Shown one piece after another: positions 21,279-31,514 of a stretch of 64,000 bases of DNA. Both the position numbers and the translations under genes were made by a program. Each line of letters starts with the position of its first letter. The first letter of the stretch is position 1. The stretch is taken from contig JAHPZI010000017.1 in NCBI GenBank assembly GCA_019058295.1, positions 1-64,000 on the forward strand. Reading direction: 5' to 3'. This DNA comes from Promethearchaeota archaeon (GTDB taxonomy: Archaea > Asgardarchaeota > Lokiarchaeia > Sigyniarchaeales > SOKP01). Under the pieces are notes generated by a model, which had not been told where the DNA came from, did no database searches, and was given only the letters and a program-made list of their open reading frames with translations.

Positions 21279-21434
21279 CATATTTTTTGTATAATTCAAT
21301 TTTCTTCCAGAAATAATAATCTTCCTTTCACTGGTGGAAAGATTATGTGGTTCTTTAAATTCAAAATCTTGAGTTTTATTTCTAATAAAGATTTCTTTCA
21401 CATTATTAATTAGAGCTGTTTTAGTAAATTCTCT
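21273..21434 (-). pseudogene. Degenerate duplicate of the aconitase 3' end
   Basis: Translates KTALINNVKEIFIRNKTQDFEFKEPHNLSTSERKIIISGRKLNYTK, versus aconitase KTALINNDKEINVKNRTQDYEFNVTHDLTEREREIIIAGGKLNYTK. Confidence 0.85.
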
Positions 21435-21446
21435 TTAGTTTTTATA

Positions 21447-22115
21447 TTAATTATTGTTTTTATAGAGAAATTTTAAATCTGGTTTTTCGAGAGTGTAATG
21501 ATGAACCCATATAAAGGTGTGGCTAAACAATGCAATCAATAATCCCGTCACTGAACCAAACAATAAAGGGGGGATCCAAAACATTAAGAATCCAAATATA
21601 TACAATGCATTACCCATATATTTATAAATACCTTGCTTTACAATGGGCATATCTCTATATTTTTGAGAAAAATGATCACCTCCCGCTGCTCTGGCAAGAC
21701 CGAAATACCTTAATACAGAGTAGAATGTATAAAACATAGGGATAGAAATAATCAACACAATAACTAATCTTACTATAAAAGGAATAGCTAAGGTCCCAGC
21801 ATTAGATAAGCTTAATGCAAGTAAAAAAATAACTCTTAAAAAGAGGAAAATGTAAAAACCAATTACATGCAGAGGGAATCCAAGTTTTCCAAATGTTTTT
21901 GTGATTAATGAATAATGCATTTCAAGTCTCCAACTCAATAATATGTATGTATGATGCATAATTATAATGATAATTAAGGAGACTGCCCAAAATATTGTTG
22001 GTATTCCCCAGAACTCACCCTGCTGAAAATTCTCTAAAGGTAGGATGAAGAAAAATATAATTGAAAAGATTATTAAAAAAAGTAATGTCCATTGTTGATA
22101 TTTCAAGATTTTCAA
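21447..22115 (-). CDS. Membrane phospholipid methyltransferase (PEMT/ICMT-like)
   Basis: Hydrophobic protein with FG..RA.G.DHF, GIYKY..N.LY..G and C-terminal H...EKP motifs. Confidence 0.8.
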   Translation of the reverse strand: MKILKYQQWTLLFLIIFSIIFFFILPLENFQQGEFWGIPTIFWAVSLIIIIIMHHTYILLSWRLEMHYSLITKTFGKLGFPLHVIGFYIFLFLRVIFLLALSLSNAGTLAIPFIVRLVIVLIISIPMFYTFYSVLRYFGLARAAGGDHFSQKYRDMPIVKQGIYKYMGNALYIFGFLMFWIPPLLFGSVTGLLIALFSHTFIWVHHYTLEKPDLKFLYKNNN

Positions 22116-22151
22116 TTCTATGAGGTTCCTTAATTATTATATTTTGTATGT

Positions 22152-24098
22152 TCAAGGTTTAGCTAATCTTATTTGCTTGGTATAATTAAGTTTTCCACCA
22201 GCAATAATGATCTCTCTTTCTCGTTCTGTAAGATCATGTGTCACATTAAATTCATAATCTTGAGTTCTATTCTTTACATTTATTTCTTTATCATTATTAA
22301 TGAGAGCAGTCTTAATTTCTTTAAACTCTAAAATATCATTATCTAATAATCTATCATAATCATTTTTATTTACGAATTTTAATGGAATTATCCCAAAATT
22401 TATCAAATTATCTCGATGAATCCGAGCAAATGATTTATTAATAATAGCTTTAATGCCTAAATACATTGGTGCCATTGCTGCGTGTTCTCGACTCGAACCT
22501 TGTCCATAATTTTCTCCACCAATGATAACACCTCCTCCTTCATCTTTAACATCAAGGGATCGCGTTGGAAATGTGGAATCAATTTGATTAAATACAAATT
22601 CACTGATTTTTGGTAAATTCGACCTAAATGGCAGAATTTTTACCCCTGCAGGTAAAATATGATCTGTTGTAATATTATCGTTGACTTTAATAAGGACTTT
22701 AGTAATGAGATTTTCAGATAACGGTTGAATTTCCGATAATGGTATTATATTTGGTCCTCTTGTTATCTCAACTGATTTTGGATCTTCAGCGGGTTCAATT
22801 ATCATGGAATCGTCAATCTTTAAGGCAGGTGGCATTTCAATATTAGGATAATTTCCAAGTTTCCGTGGATCAGTAATCTCTCCATATAGCGCAGCAGCTA
22901 CAGCAGACTCTGGACTAACAAGATATACATTAGCACTTTCAGTTCCGCTCCTCCCAGGAAAATTTCTGTTGAAAGTTCTGATACTAACAGCATCAGTATT
23001 AGGGGCAAATCCCATTCCAATACATGGTCCACAAGCAGATTCAAAAATCCTCGCTCCAGCTGAAATGATATCAGATAAAGCACCACTATTATCTAAATGA
23101 TATAAAACTTGTTTAGATCCTGGAGATATTCCTAAACTAACCTCTTTATGAATCCTTTTTTCTTTTAATAAAGCTGCAACTGTTAACATATCTTTTAGAG
23201 AACTGTTTGTACATGATCCAATAGCTACTTGATCAACCTTTATTCCCTCAACTTCAGAGATAGGTACCACATTACCAGGAGAATGTGGTTTTGCTACTAA
23301 AGGAATTAAATCAGACAAATTAATTTCAATGATTTCATCATAATCGTTTTCTGTTCCCTCTGGAATTTCAACAAAATGCTCATCTCTCTGTTGAAGATGA
23401 AGGAAATCTTTAGTTCTCTCATCAGAAGGAAATATTGATGTTGTTGCTCCTGTTTCCGCTCCCATATTAGTGATAGTTGCTCGTTCTGGCACTGATAAGG
23501 TTTTTACTCCAGGACCAAAATATTCTAAAATTTTCCCAACTCCTCCTTTTACATCTATCCTTCTTAATAATTCTAAAATTACATCCTTAGCAGAAATAAA
23601 TTGAGGTAAACTTCCAGTTAATCTTATTCCAATTATCTTTGGTGTTTTTAAATAAAATAATCCTCCACCCATAGCCACAGCAACGTCTAAACCACCAGCA
23701 CCAATTGCGATCATTCCCATAGCTCCTGCTGTCGGAGTATGTGAATCGGAGCCTATTAATGTTTTTCCAGGTCTAGCAAATCTCTCAAGAAAAACTTGAT
23801 GGCAAATACCATTACCAGGTTTTGAAAATTTTATTCCATATTTTGCTGCTACAGAAGCTAAATAACGATGATCATCAGCATTTCTAGAGTCAGTCTGAAG
23901 TGTATTATGATCCACAAAAGAGATGGATAATTCTGTTTTAACTTTCTCTAAATCCAAAGCTTCAAATTGAAGATAGGCCATCGTACCAGTTGCATCTTGA
24001 GTAAGAGTATTATCTATTTTAATGCCAATTTCTTCTCCAATTTTAAACTCTCCTTCAATTAAATGGTCTATTAAAATCCTTTTTGCGATAGATGTCAT
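22152..24098 (-). CDS. acn: Aconitate hydratase
   Basis: QDATG, DSHT, IGSCTN, CGPCIG, TTDHI and GQGSSREHA motifs. Confidence 0.93.
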   Translation of the reverse strand: MTSIAKRILIDHLIEGEFKIGEEIGIKIDNTLTQDATGTMAYLQFEALDLEKVKTELSISFVDHNTLQTDSRNADDHRYLASVAAKYGIKFSKPGNGICHQVFLERFARPGKTLIGSDSHTPTAGAMGMIAIGAGGLDVAVAMGGGLFYLKTPKIIGIRLTGSLPQFISAKDVILELLRRIDVKGGVGKILEYFGPGVKTLSVPERATITNMGAETGATTSIFPSDERTKDFLHLQQRDEHFVEIPEGTENDYDEIIEINLSDLIPLVAKPHSPGNVVPISEVEGIKVDQVAIGSCTNSSLKDMLTVAALLKEKRIHKEVSLGISPGSKQVLYHLDNSGALSDIISAGARIFESACGPCIGMGFAPNTDAVSIRTFNRNFPGRSGTESANVYLVSPESAVAAALYGEITDPRKLGNYPNIEMPPALKIDDSMIIEPAEDPKSVEITRGPNIIPLSEIQPLSENLITKVLIKVNDNITTDHILPAGVKILPFRSNLPKISEFVFNQIDSTFPTRSLDVKDEGGGVIIGGENYGQGSSREHAAMAPMYLGIKAIINKSFARIHRDNLINFGIIPLKFVNKNDYDRLLDNDILEFKEIKTALINNDKEINVKNRTQDYEFNVTHDLTEREREIIIAGGKLNYTKQIRLAKP

Positions 24099-24113
24099 TT
24101 TTTCATCCCAACA

Positions 24114-25502
24114 TTAAACCATTTTTTTTGGGTCTAATAACTCATCAAGATCCCCTTCAATTTCTATACCCATCTCTAAAATTACTTCTTTTATAGTTTT
24201 ATTCTCTTTATATGCTTTCTGAGCGACTTCTGATGCTTTATCATATCCTATAATAGGATTTAGATTTGTTACAATCATTAACATTCGATCTAATTGAGAT
24301 TTAATATTATCCTTATTTACCTCTAATCCTTTTAAACAATTCTCTGTAAATGATCTTACACCATTACTTAGAATATTTATTGAATCAAGTATGCTATATA
24401 TCATTATCGGCTTACAAACATTAAGATCTAAAATGCTTCCATGACTTTCTGCTAATGAAACGACTGAATCATTACCTAATACTTGTAGGCTTACTTGAAT
24501 TAACATTTCACATTGAGTAGGATTTACTTTACCTGGCATAATAGAAGAACCAGGCTCATTAGAAGGCAATTTCAATTCTCCTAATCCTGCCCTTGGACCA
24601 CTTCCCATCCAACGAATATCATTAGACATTTTTAAAAGATTGAGAGCAATAAGACGGAGAATTCCACTCACGTCAACAAGGATCATATGGGATGAAATAT
24701 TTTCTGCTTTATTTTCACTTGGTTCAATGGAAAATCCAAAATATTCTTTTAAATTTGAGCATACTAATCTTGCCAAATCTTTATGAGCGTTTAATCCTGT
24801 TCCAACAGCAGTACCTCCAATAGGTATTTTTGCTAAATGATGGAAACTGCTTTCTAATTTCTCAATAATAAACTGATTATGATCTCTATACACTTTAAAT
24901 TCTAAAGATAAAGGAATTGGAACTGCATCTTGCAAATGAGTTCTACTAACTTTGATAATATCATTAAATTGGTCTATTTTCTTTTCTAAAATATTATTAA
25001 GCTCACGCAATATTGGCAATAATTCTTCTTTTATACTTTTATAAGTTGCTAAATACATTGCAGAAGGAATAACATCATTAGACGATTGACCCATATTTAC
25101 ATGATCATTTGGATGTACAGGTTCTTTTTTGCCTTTAGGATATCCTAAAATTTCATTGGCTCTATTCGCCAAAACCTCATTCATGTTCATATTAGTTTGA
25201 GTTCCAGAACCAGTCTGAAAAACATCAATAGGAAATTGATTTAAGAACTTATCTTCTGTAATAATTTCTTCTACCGCTTTTAATAATGCATTAGCTATTT
25301 TTTCATCTAATAATCCTAGTTCTAAATTAGCTTTAATACAAACCTGTTTAACAACAGCAAGCGCTTTAATGAAAACATCAGGCAGCCTTTTTCCACTTAC
25401 TTTAAAATTGTTAATAGCTCGTTGAGTATTAATCCCCCAATATGCCTCTTTAGGTACATTTAATTCTCCTAACAAATCCTTTTCCTTACGATATTCTTTC
25501 AT
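24114..25502 (-). CDS. fumC: Fumarate hydratase class II
   Basis: QTGSGT, HPNDHVN, RTHLQDA and GSSIMPGKVNP motifs. Confidence 0.93.
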   Translation of the reverse strand: MKEYRKEKDLLGELNVPKEAYWGINTQRAINNFKVSGKRLPDVFIKALAVVKQVCIKANLELGLLDEKIANALLKAVEEIITEDKFLNQFPIDVFQTGSGTQTNMNMNEVLANRANEILGYPKGKKEPVHPNDHVNMGQSSNDVIPSAMYLATYKSIKEELLPILRELNNILEKKIDQFNDIIKVSRTHLQDAVPIPLSLEFKVYRDHNQFIIEKLESSFHHLAKIPIGGTAVGTGLNAHKDLARLVCSNLKEYFGFSIEPSENKAENISSHMILVDVSGILRLIALNLLKMSNDIRWMGSGPRAGLGELKLPSNEPGSSIMPGKVNPTQCEMLIQVSLQVLGNDSVVSLAESHGSILDLNVCKPIMIYSILDSINILSNGVRSFTENCLKGLEVNKDNIKSQLDRMLMIVTNLNPIIGYDKASEVAQKAYKENKTIKEVILEMGIEIEGDLDELLDPKKMV

Positions 25503-25567
25503 GATAATCACTTGCTTTTATTGATATTTATTCCATTTTTCATCTATTACCCGAATTTTTAAAATTA

Positions 25568-25996
25568 TCATTTAATATCTATTTTTTCTCCACAAAATTT
25601 GCAAAAATTCATTTTTTTTTCCAATTTGACGCCACAATTAGGACAAATAATTCTCTTTAATTCAACTTCTCTCTGTGGAACATCTTTTTTTTTCCCCTCT
25701 TGATGTATTTTTTCTATTCTCTTTAGTCTCTCTTTTTCTTTTGTTCTCTCGTCTGAATATTTATTTACTATAAATGTTATTATTATTAATACAAAACCGA
25801 TACCAATTAGAGTATAACCTAGTGTCATCCATATAATTGAATCAGTCATTTTATTAGAAGTACCGGAACTATCTTCAGAGTTCCCCCAATTATTTAGCGA
25901 TTTTTGAAATTCGAGAGATCCATAAATTGTAAAAGAAATACCTAAAATCAATAGAACTAATGTCCCAATCAACATTATTAGTGCTAGTTTTTTCAT
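25568..25996 (-). CDS. Membrane protein with C-terminal zinc ribbon
   Basis: Two TM segments followed by CPNCG...FCKFCG. Confidence 0.8.
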   Translation of the reverse strand: MKKLALIMLIGTLVLLILGISFTIYGSLEFQKSLNNWGNSEDSSGTSNKMTDSIIWMTLGYTLIGIGFVLIIITFIVNKYSDERTKEKERLKRIEKIHQEGKKKDVPQREVELKRIICPNCGVKLEKKMNFCKFCGEKIDIK

Positions 25997-26128
25997 AATG
26001 TTAAATCTCTTTTAATTTGTTCTTATCTTTCTTTTTTTAATTGATTTTGGTTTTTAAAAATTAATAATCAGAAATAAGATTAAAAAAATAAAATAAATTA
26101 AATATTCAAAAAAATAAGTAAATATTTA

Positions 26129-26587
26129 TTAAGAATTGAAGGCTCTTCCACAACCTTCACAAAAATTGGCATCAAGCGACGCTTTTCTACCACAATTAGA
26201 ACAAAATTTACCCTCCTCTGTTGAAGTCTGAGTTTGAATAGAAATGTTTAAAGGAGGTTGTTCTAGTTGTCTTACAGCTTTATTAAAACATTTAATTATC
26301 TCAGGTCTTAAAAATTTAAACATTCGGGGATGACCGGTATAAATTATATCTAAGACATTATCCATTTCTCGAAATCCTAGACTTAATTCCGCTCTACCCC
26401 AACTGAAATTAGATGACAAATTTTCACGAGGGCCAACCTCTACTATAGCAAATTTACCAACTCTATATGCATCGGTGACAAGTATTTCGTTATTCTCCAA
26501 AACTACTACAAAGCTCTCGAATAATGCTTCTAAATCCTTTGGATAGTCTTTTACAGTATGTGCTATTATTTCCTTTTTTTTTCCCAT
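26129..26587 (-). CDS. Zinc-ribbon domain protein
   Basis: C-terminal FCSNCG...FCEGCG. Confidence 0.8.
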   Translation of the reverse strand: MGKKKEIIAHTVKDYPKDLEALFESFVVVLENNEILVTDAYRVGKFAIVEVGPRENLSSNFSWGRAELSLGFREMDNVLDIIYTGHPRMFKFLRPEIIKCFNKAVRQLEQPPLNISIQTQTSTEEGKFCSNCGRKASLDANFCEGCGRAFNS

Positions 26588-26737
26588 TTGAAATCACTTA
26601 TTTATATTTTTAAACAAATTTTCTTTTAATGAAATTTAGAAAAAAACCACTTTATAATGGATAATTTAATTGAATTGAATATTTATTTAAAAGATTCTTA
26701 TTATCTAATCTGAATAATAGATTAATAAAAGTGAACT

Positions 26738-27931
26738 TTATTTTTGGTATTTCTTCCATTTTATGTCTAATTTGGGATCTTGGATGGTATCCATTAAATA
26801 ATCAGCGAAGTCTTTTCCAGTATCTCCATTAGGTCTACCTGTTAAAATTACTTTCTTCTCATAAATTCCACAAATATCAAGAGCCATTTCTAATTTCTTA
26901 GCTTTTTCTTGGAACCCTATATGATTTAACATCATAACTACTGCTCTTATTAAACTTGAGGGATCTGCATAAATTGCTCTTCCTTCTTCAACCATTCGAG
27001 GGGCTGATCCATGAATTGCTTCAAACATTGCATAATGCTTTCCAATATTAGCACTACCAGCAGTTCCAACACCTCCTTGCATTTGGGCTGCCTCATCTGT
27101 AATTATATCTCCATATAAATTTGGAGCAACAATTACTTTAAATTGACTCTGACGAGTGGGATCAATTAATTTAGCAGTCATGATATCAATATACCAATCG
27201 TCCCAATCCACTTCATGATAATCTTTAGAAATATCTTCAGCAATGGATAAAAATTTTCCATCTGTCGTTTTTATAACATTTGCTTTAGTAACAACAGTCA
27301 CTTTATTAATATTGTTTTTCTTAGCATAATCAAATGCTAATCGAATTATACGTTCAGCCCCTTGAGTAGTAATAACTTTAAAATCTATTGCTAAATCATT
27401 ATCTATATTAATACCTTTTGAGCCAAGTACATAAGCACCCTCAGTATTTTCTCGAAAAAACATCCAATCTATATTTTTTTCCAGAACCTTTACAGGACGG
27501 ACATTTGCAAAAAGATCTAATTCTCGGCGCATCGAAACATTTGCACTTTCTATGTTTGGCCATTTATCTCCCTTTCGAGGTGTTGTTGTAGGACCTTTTA
27601 GTAAAACATGGCATTGTTTTATTTCTCCAAGCACGTCATCAGGGATTGCTTTCATAACTTTTGCTCTATTTTCAATTGTTAAACCTTCAATTTCTCTTAT
27701 TTCAACCTGATTATTTTTTATCTCATTATTTAAAATAAATTCAAGAATATTTTTAGCATGTTTAGAAATTATTGGTCCTATTCCATCTCCACCAATAATC
27801 CCGATGATTATAGGGCTAAGACTAGAGTAATCTATCCAATCGCCTTCTTTTTTGAGTCTCTCAATTCTATCTAATTGTTCTGTGATAAGATTTTCGAAAT
27901 GCTTTCTTGCTTTTTCAATCTTTTCGCTCAT
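26738..27931 (-). CDS. icd: Isocitrate dehydrogenase (isocitrate/isopropylmalate dehydrogenase family)
   Basis: GDGIGP, KGPTTTP, RENTEG.Y, NLYGDI and EAIHGSAP motifs; lies near aconitase and fumC. Confidence 0.85.
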   Translation of the reverse strand: MSEKIEKARKHFENLITEQLDRIERLKKEGDWIDYSSLSPIIIGIIGGDGIGPIISKHAKNILEFILNNEIKNNQVEIREIEGLTIENRAKVMKAIPDDVLGEIKQCHVLLKGPTTTPRKGDKWPNIESANVSMRRELDLFANVRPVKVLEKNIDWMFFRENTEGAYVLGSKGINIDNDLAIDFKVITTQGAERIIRLAFDYAKKNNINKVTVVTKANVIKTTDGKFLSIAEDISKDYHEVDWDDWYIDIMTAKLIDPTRQSQFKVIVAPNLYGDIITDEAAQMQGGVGTAGSANIGKHYAMFEAIHGSAPRMVEEGRAIYADPSSLIRAVVMMLNHIGFQEKAKKLEMALDICGIYEKKVILTGRPNGDTGKDFADYLMDTIQDPKLDIKWKKYQK

Positions 27932-28078
27932 TTCAATGAAAACCTTCCTAAAAATTTTTCCTTAATTACTTCAATCTAGATTAATTTATGTTTCAATAAG
28001 TTTTTTATTATATTGAGATAAAAAAATAAGATAAGCTTATTATAATGTATTAAAAATATGTAATTAAATGTATTTTAT

Positions 28079-28750
28079 TTATGCGTTTGAATTTTTACTT
28101 TTTCTATAGACTGGACATGATTCAATACAGACATTACACCAAATCTCAGAAAATTCAGAAATTCGTTTTAAATTCTTTTGATTATAACTCAAACATCTGT
28201 CTCTATTGTATTCTCCATCGGAAAAAGCATTTGCAGGACATGCTTCCAAACAAATCTTACAATCAACACAATAAGAACTTTCATTTATAGGATTTCCAGT
28301 TACTAAAGGAGCGTTAGTTGCAAGCGCTCTTAAACGTACTTGTGAACCAAATTCTTCAGTTAATAATAAATTATTTCTTCCAATCGGTCCTATACCAGCT
28401 ATTGCAGCGGCTTCTTTTAAATAAAGACCAGGATTATAGGAGATTACTTCTGACTCAAATCCTTGTTTGGAGAGAAATTCCTTTATCTGATACCCTCGAT
28501 CTTCTAAGATCGAATCTGCATATTGAAAACTTTTACCCGTCCTTGGATTTTGACTATATACATCCAAGAGTTGATCAAAAAGGTGATAACCTATTACGAT
28601 TATCGTTTTGACATCTTTTAAGAAATGTTCAGGTTTATTTCTTTTATTATATCTTTCAAAATACTCAGGATTAGCAAAGCCTATTATATCAATACCGATT
28701 TTTTTGGAAAATTTTACCAATTTATTAGTAAGGTTAATATCTCTTTCCAT
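28079..28750 (-). CDS. Epoxyqueuosine reductase-like 4Fe-4S protein
   Basis: AGIG.IGRNNL....FGS.VRL, CVDCKICLEACP and C..C...CP motifs. Confidence 0.82.
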   Translation of the reverse strand: MERDINLTNKLVKFSKKIGIDIIGFANPEYFERYNKRNKPEHFLKDVKTIIVIGYHLFDQLLDVYSQNPRTGKSFQYADSILEDRGYQIKEFLSKQGFESEVISYNPGLYLKEAAAIAGIGPIGRNNLLLTEEFGSQVRLRALATNAPLVTGNPINESSYCVDCKICLEACPANAFSDGEYNRDRCLSYNQKNLKRISEFSEIWCNVCIESCPVYRKSKNSNA

Positions 28751-28781
28751 ATTTAATACAGAATTTAAAGAATAAAATAAT

Positions 28782-29081
28782 TTACGTTTCTTTCATTTCT
28801 TTATAAATAATACTTTCTGTTTTAATGGTCCCATCAAATTTAACGTGTTTTACGATTACAGATTCTCCTATAATCTGAACGTTTTTATCAATGAAATTAT
28901 GAAGTATTGGATCATTTTGCCATAATAATCCTGTTTTTCTAATTGGTAATTCTTTTTGACCAAATTCATTTGGTTTATATAATTTTAAATAATATTCAGG
29001 TCCTTCAGATAAGGTACCTACTCTTTCTATTTTCATTTTCAATATACCATTAAATTCTTTCAAATAAATGACCTCCTTCAT
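28782..29081 (-). CDS. Hypothetical protein
   Basis: 99-aa ORF co-oriented with its neighbours. Confidence 0.65.
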   Translation of the reverse strand: MKEVIYLKEFNGILKMKIERVGTLSEGPEYYLKLYKPNEFGQKELPIRKTGLLWQNDPILHNFIDKNVQIIGESVIVKHVKFDGTIKTESIIYKEMKET

Positions 29082-29150
29082 TTATTGCGATGTAAAAAAC
29101 ATCGGTTTCTTAATTAAACCTTATTCCTTTATTAAATAGATTTAAAAATA

Positions 29151-30134
29151 TTATAGTAATAATTCAAAAATATCTTTTGGTTTCGGGTGAATCTTACATA
29201 ATTTGGTATATCTTCTTAGAATCCACCAACAACTTACGCAATATGAGGTGCAATAATCACTATTTGCGGCTTGATGGTCCTGCATTCTTTTACGCGCAAT
29301 CTTATCAATAACATCAGTCCGCCCCATCCAACCGATACCGCCACCGCAACACCAATAAGGTATATCTTTGATGTCATAACCTGAATTTCTTAGAACTTCA
29401 TTCACATGATATTCTACATCTTCTCTATCACGATATTTTAAATGACATAAATGTTGGACACTAACCGTTCCTGATTTTTTTTCTGCTGAAGGTTTCAAAT
29501 AATCTGCGATAAAGTTCACTTCAAAGTCATCACCCATCTCTGGCTTTATATAATTACTAAAAAGTACATAACATGCAGGACAAAGACAGATAATTGTCTT
29601 AAAATCTTTTAAAACTTCTTTATTTTCTTTAATACATTGTTCAAATTCATTTTTTAGACCACACGCAAGTAAATGCCATCCACAGCAGATTTCAGTCTCT
29701 AAAATTGTAAAATCAACCTTTTGTTTAAGTAAATATTGAAGGGCATGTTCAGTGTATCTGGGAATTCTAATAGTTGAGAGACACCCCATAAAGAAGAGTG
29801 TATCTGAAGTTTTAGGGATTCCCTCTGGTATTTTAATACGCATCTGATTTGTACGATAGGGTGATCTATACTTCTTATAATTTTCAATAATCTCATCAAG
29901 TCCTTTGAATGTATTCCCATCTTCTAAGAATTTTTGCTTTAGTCTAAATCTATCCCAATCTGTTTCACATTCGCCACATTGAACGCAATTATAAAGTTTA
30001 AAGAAATCTTCTTGGTTAAATTTGATTTTTTCAATATTTTGAACCATCTTTCTTACGTCATCATCTGGAATAAAATTATCTGGATCCACTTCTTCAGTTG
30101 GAAAGTTCTTTCTTCCTTTTATTCTCTCTTTCAT
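29151..30134 (-). CDS. Fe-S oxidoreductase with two CCG domains (HdrD/GlpC-like)
   Basis: CVQCGEC, FMGC, EICCG, CPAC and WCCGGG motifs. Confidence 0.85.
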   Translation of the reverse strand: MKERIKGRKNFPTEEVDPDNFIPDDDVRKMVQNIEKIKFNQEDFFKLYNCVQCGECETDWDRFRLKQKFLEDGNTFKGLDEIIENYKKYRSPYRTNQMRIKIPEGIPKTSDTLFFMGCLSTIRIPRYTEHALQYLLKQKVDFTILETEICCGWHLLACGLKNEFEQCIKENKEVLKDFKTIICLCPACYVLFSNYIKPEMGDDFEVNFIADYLKPSAEKKSGTVSVQHLCHLKYRDREDVEYHVNEVLRNSGYDIKDIPYWCCGGGIGWMGRTDVIDKIARKRMQDHQAANSDYCTSYCVSCWWILRRYTKLCKIHPKPKDIFELLL

Positions 30135-30292
30135 TTAAAAAACCTAAAATAAAGAAATTGATATTTTCACTTAAATATATGTTCTAATTTTTATAAAAAT
30201 AAAGCTTTTAAGCAATTAAAAAACAATTTATTATTAATTGATTTAAAAAATCAATTTTTCCTATTGAATTATCATATTTAGGTGAACCATCT

Positions 30293-31396
30293 TTGCTGGA
30301 GGATTTACTAATAATTACGGAAGGAGGTCAACTACTATATAGCTGGCATTCTGAAAAAAGAAAAGAAAAAGATGATGATTTAATTAGTGGATTCTTATCT
30401 GCTCTAAATAGTTTCGCCAGTATTGAGAGGGGTGAAGATATAAAATCACTGAAATTAAAAGAGACTAATATCATATTTGAAAAAAATGATAATTATTACA
30501 CAAAATTAACATTTGTAGTAACTACTAAGAACGAGGAATTAATTGAATTATTACATTCAGCAATTCACAATATCATGGATAATTTTATAAAAATGTATGA
30601 GAATGTGCTGGAAAGAGAATTTGATGGAGAGATTACGAGATTTAGAAAGTTTGATGCATATGTTGAAGAAATTATCAACTCTCATGGTTTAGATGTGTTA
30701 GATACATCAATAAAAAAAGTTGAGGAAGGCGGAGCCTTAAAATCTATCATTTTTCTCGAACCAAAAGGAGGTAACATTCTCTATATTCACGCTAAACAGT
30801 ATGTGAATAAAAAAGATATAAGTTTTCTAATTCCTTTAATTGTAAACTCTGCGCAATTATTATATCAAACTAATCTTAACGAGAAAGTAAGATGGATTTT
30901 ATTAAATACAGTTAGAAATGAAAATTTGTTAGTAGAACCTCGAGGGAAAATTTTAATCATCAGACAATATCAATTACCGGAAAATTTCGAAGAGGACTTT
31001 TTAGCATTAGATTTTTTTAAAAGTAAAGATAAATACGTTAAAAAGCCAAATAAATTAGTCAAAGTATTTGAAAATTTGGAATGGAATCCTAAAATAAAAC
31101 AGATCTTTTTGGTTGATTTAATGGGTAAAGTAATATATTCTAAAAGATTTGATCCTTCTTATGATTGTAGTGAATATATTCCCGAAACAATCAGTTTTTT
31201 AATTTCTTCCAAAAAAGCAAGCGAACAAATATATAGTAGAGTATTATTTAATTCCACCATTGGAGGAGAAAAAATAGCGACTATATGTGTAAATTTTAAT
31301 AATTTTGCTTTAACTATGATTGGAAATATAAAAGATCTAAGCGATTTTACAGTGATTCAAACTTTATGTTTAAATATATATAGGCAACTTAAGTAA
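30293..31396 (+). CDS. Multi-longin/roadblock-domain protein (Asgard eukaryotic-signature type)
   Basis: LLIITEGGQLLYS...DLISGFLSALNSFA, plus two further related modules (IIFLEPKGGNILY, IFLVDLMGKVIYS); GGTGA SD. Confidence 0.72.
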   Translation: MLEDLLIITEGGQLLYSWHSEKRKEKDDDLISGFLSALNSFASIERGEDIKSLKLKETNIIFEKNDNYYTKLTFVVTTKNEELIELLHSAIHNIMDNFIKMYENVLEREFDGEITRFRKFDAYVEEIINSHGLDVLDTSIKKVEEGGALKSIIFLEPKGGNILYIHAKQYVNKKDISFLIPLIVNSAQLLYQTNLNEKVRWILLNTVRNENLLVEPRGKILIIRQYQLPENFEEDFLALDFFKSKDKYVKKPNKLVKVFENLEWNPKIKQIFLVDLMGKVIYSKRFDPSYDCSEYIPETISFLISSKKASEQIYSRVLFNSTIGGEKIATICVNFNNFALTMIGNIKDLSDFTVIQTLCLNIYRQLK

Positions 31397-31514
31397 TATA
31401 TAATATTCCCAAATTCCTCTTTTAATTTATAAATATAACATTAATATTTTATGAGATTATATTTATAAGAAATAGCTTTCCATTATATAATAATTATAAA
31501 AGTGATAATTTAAT

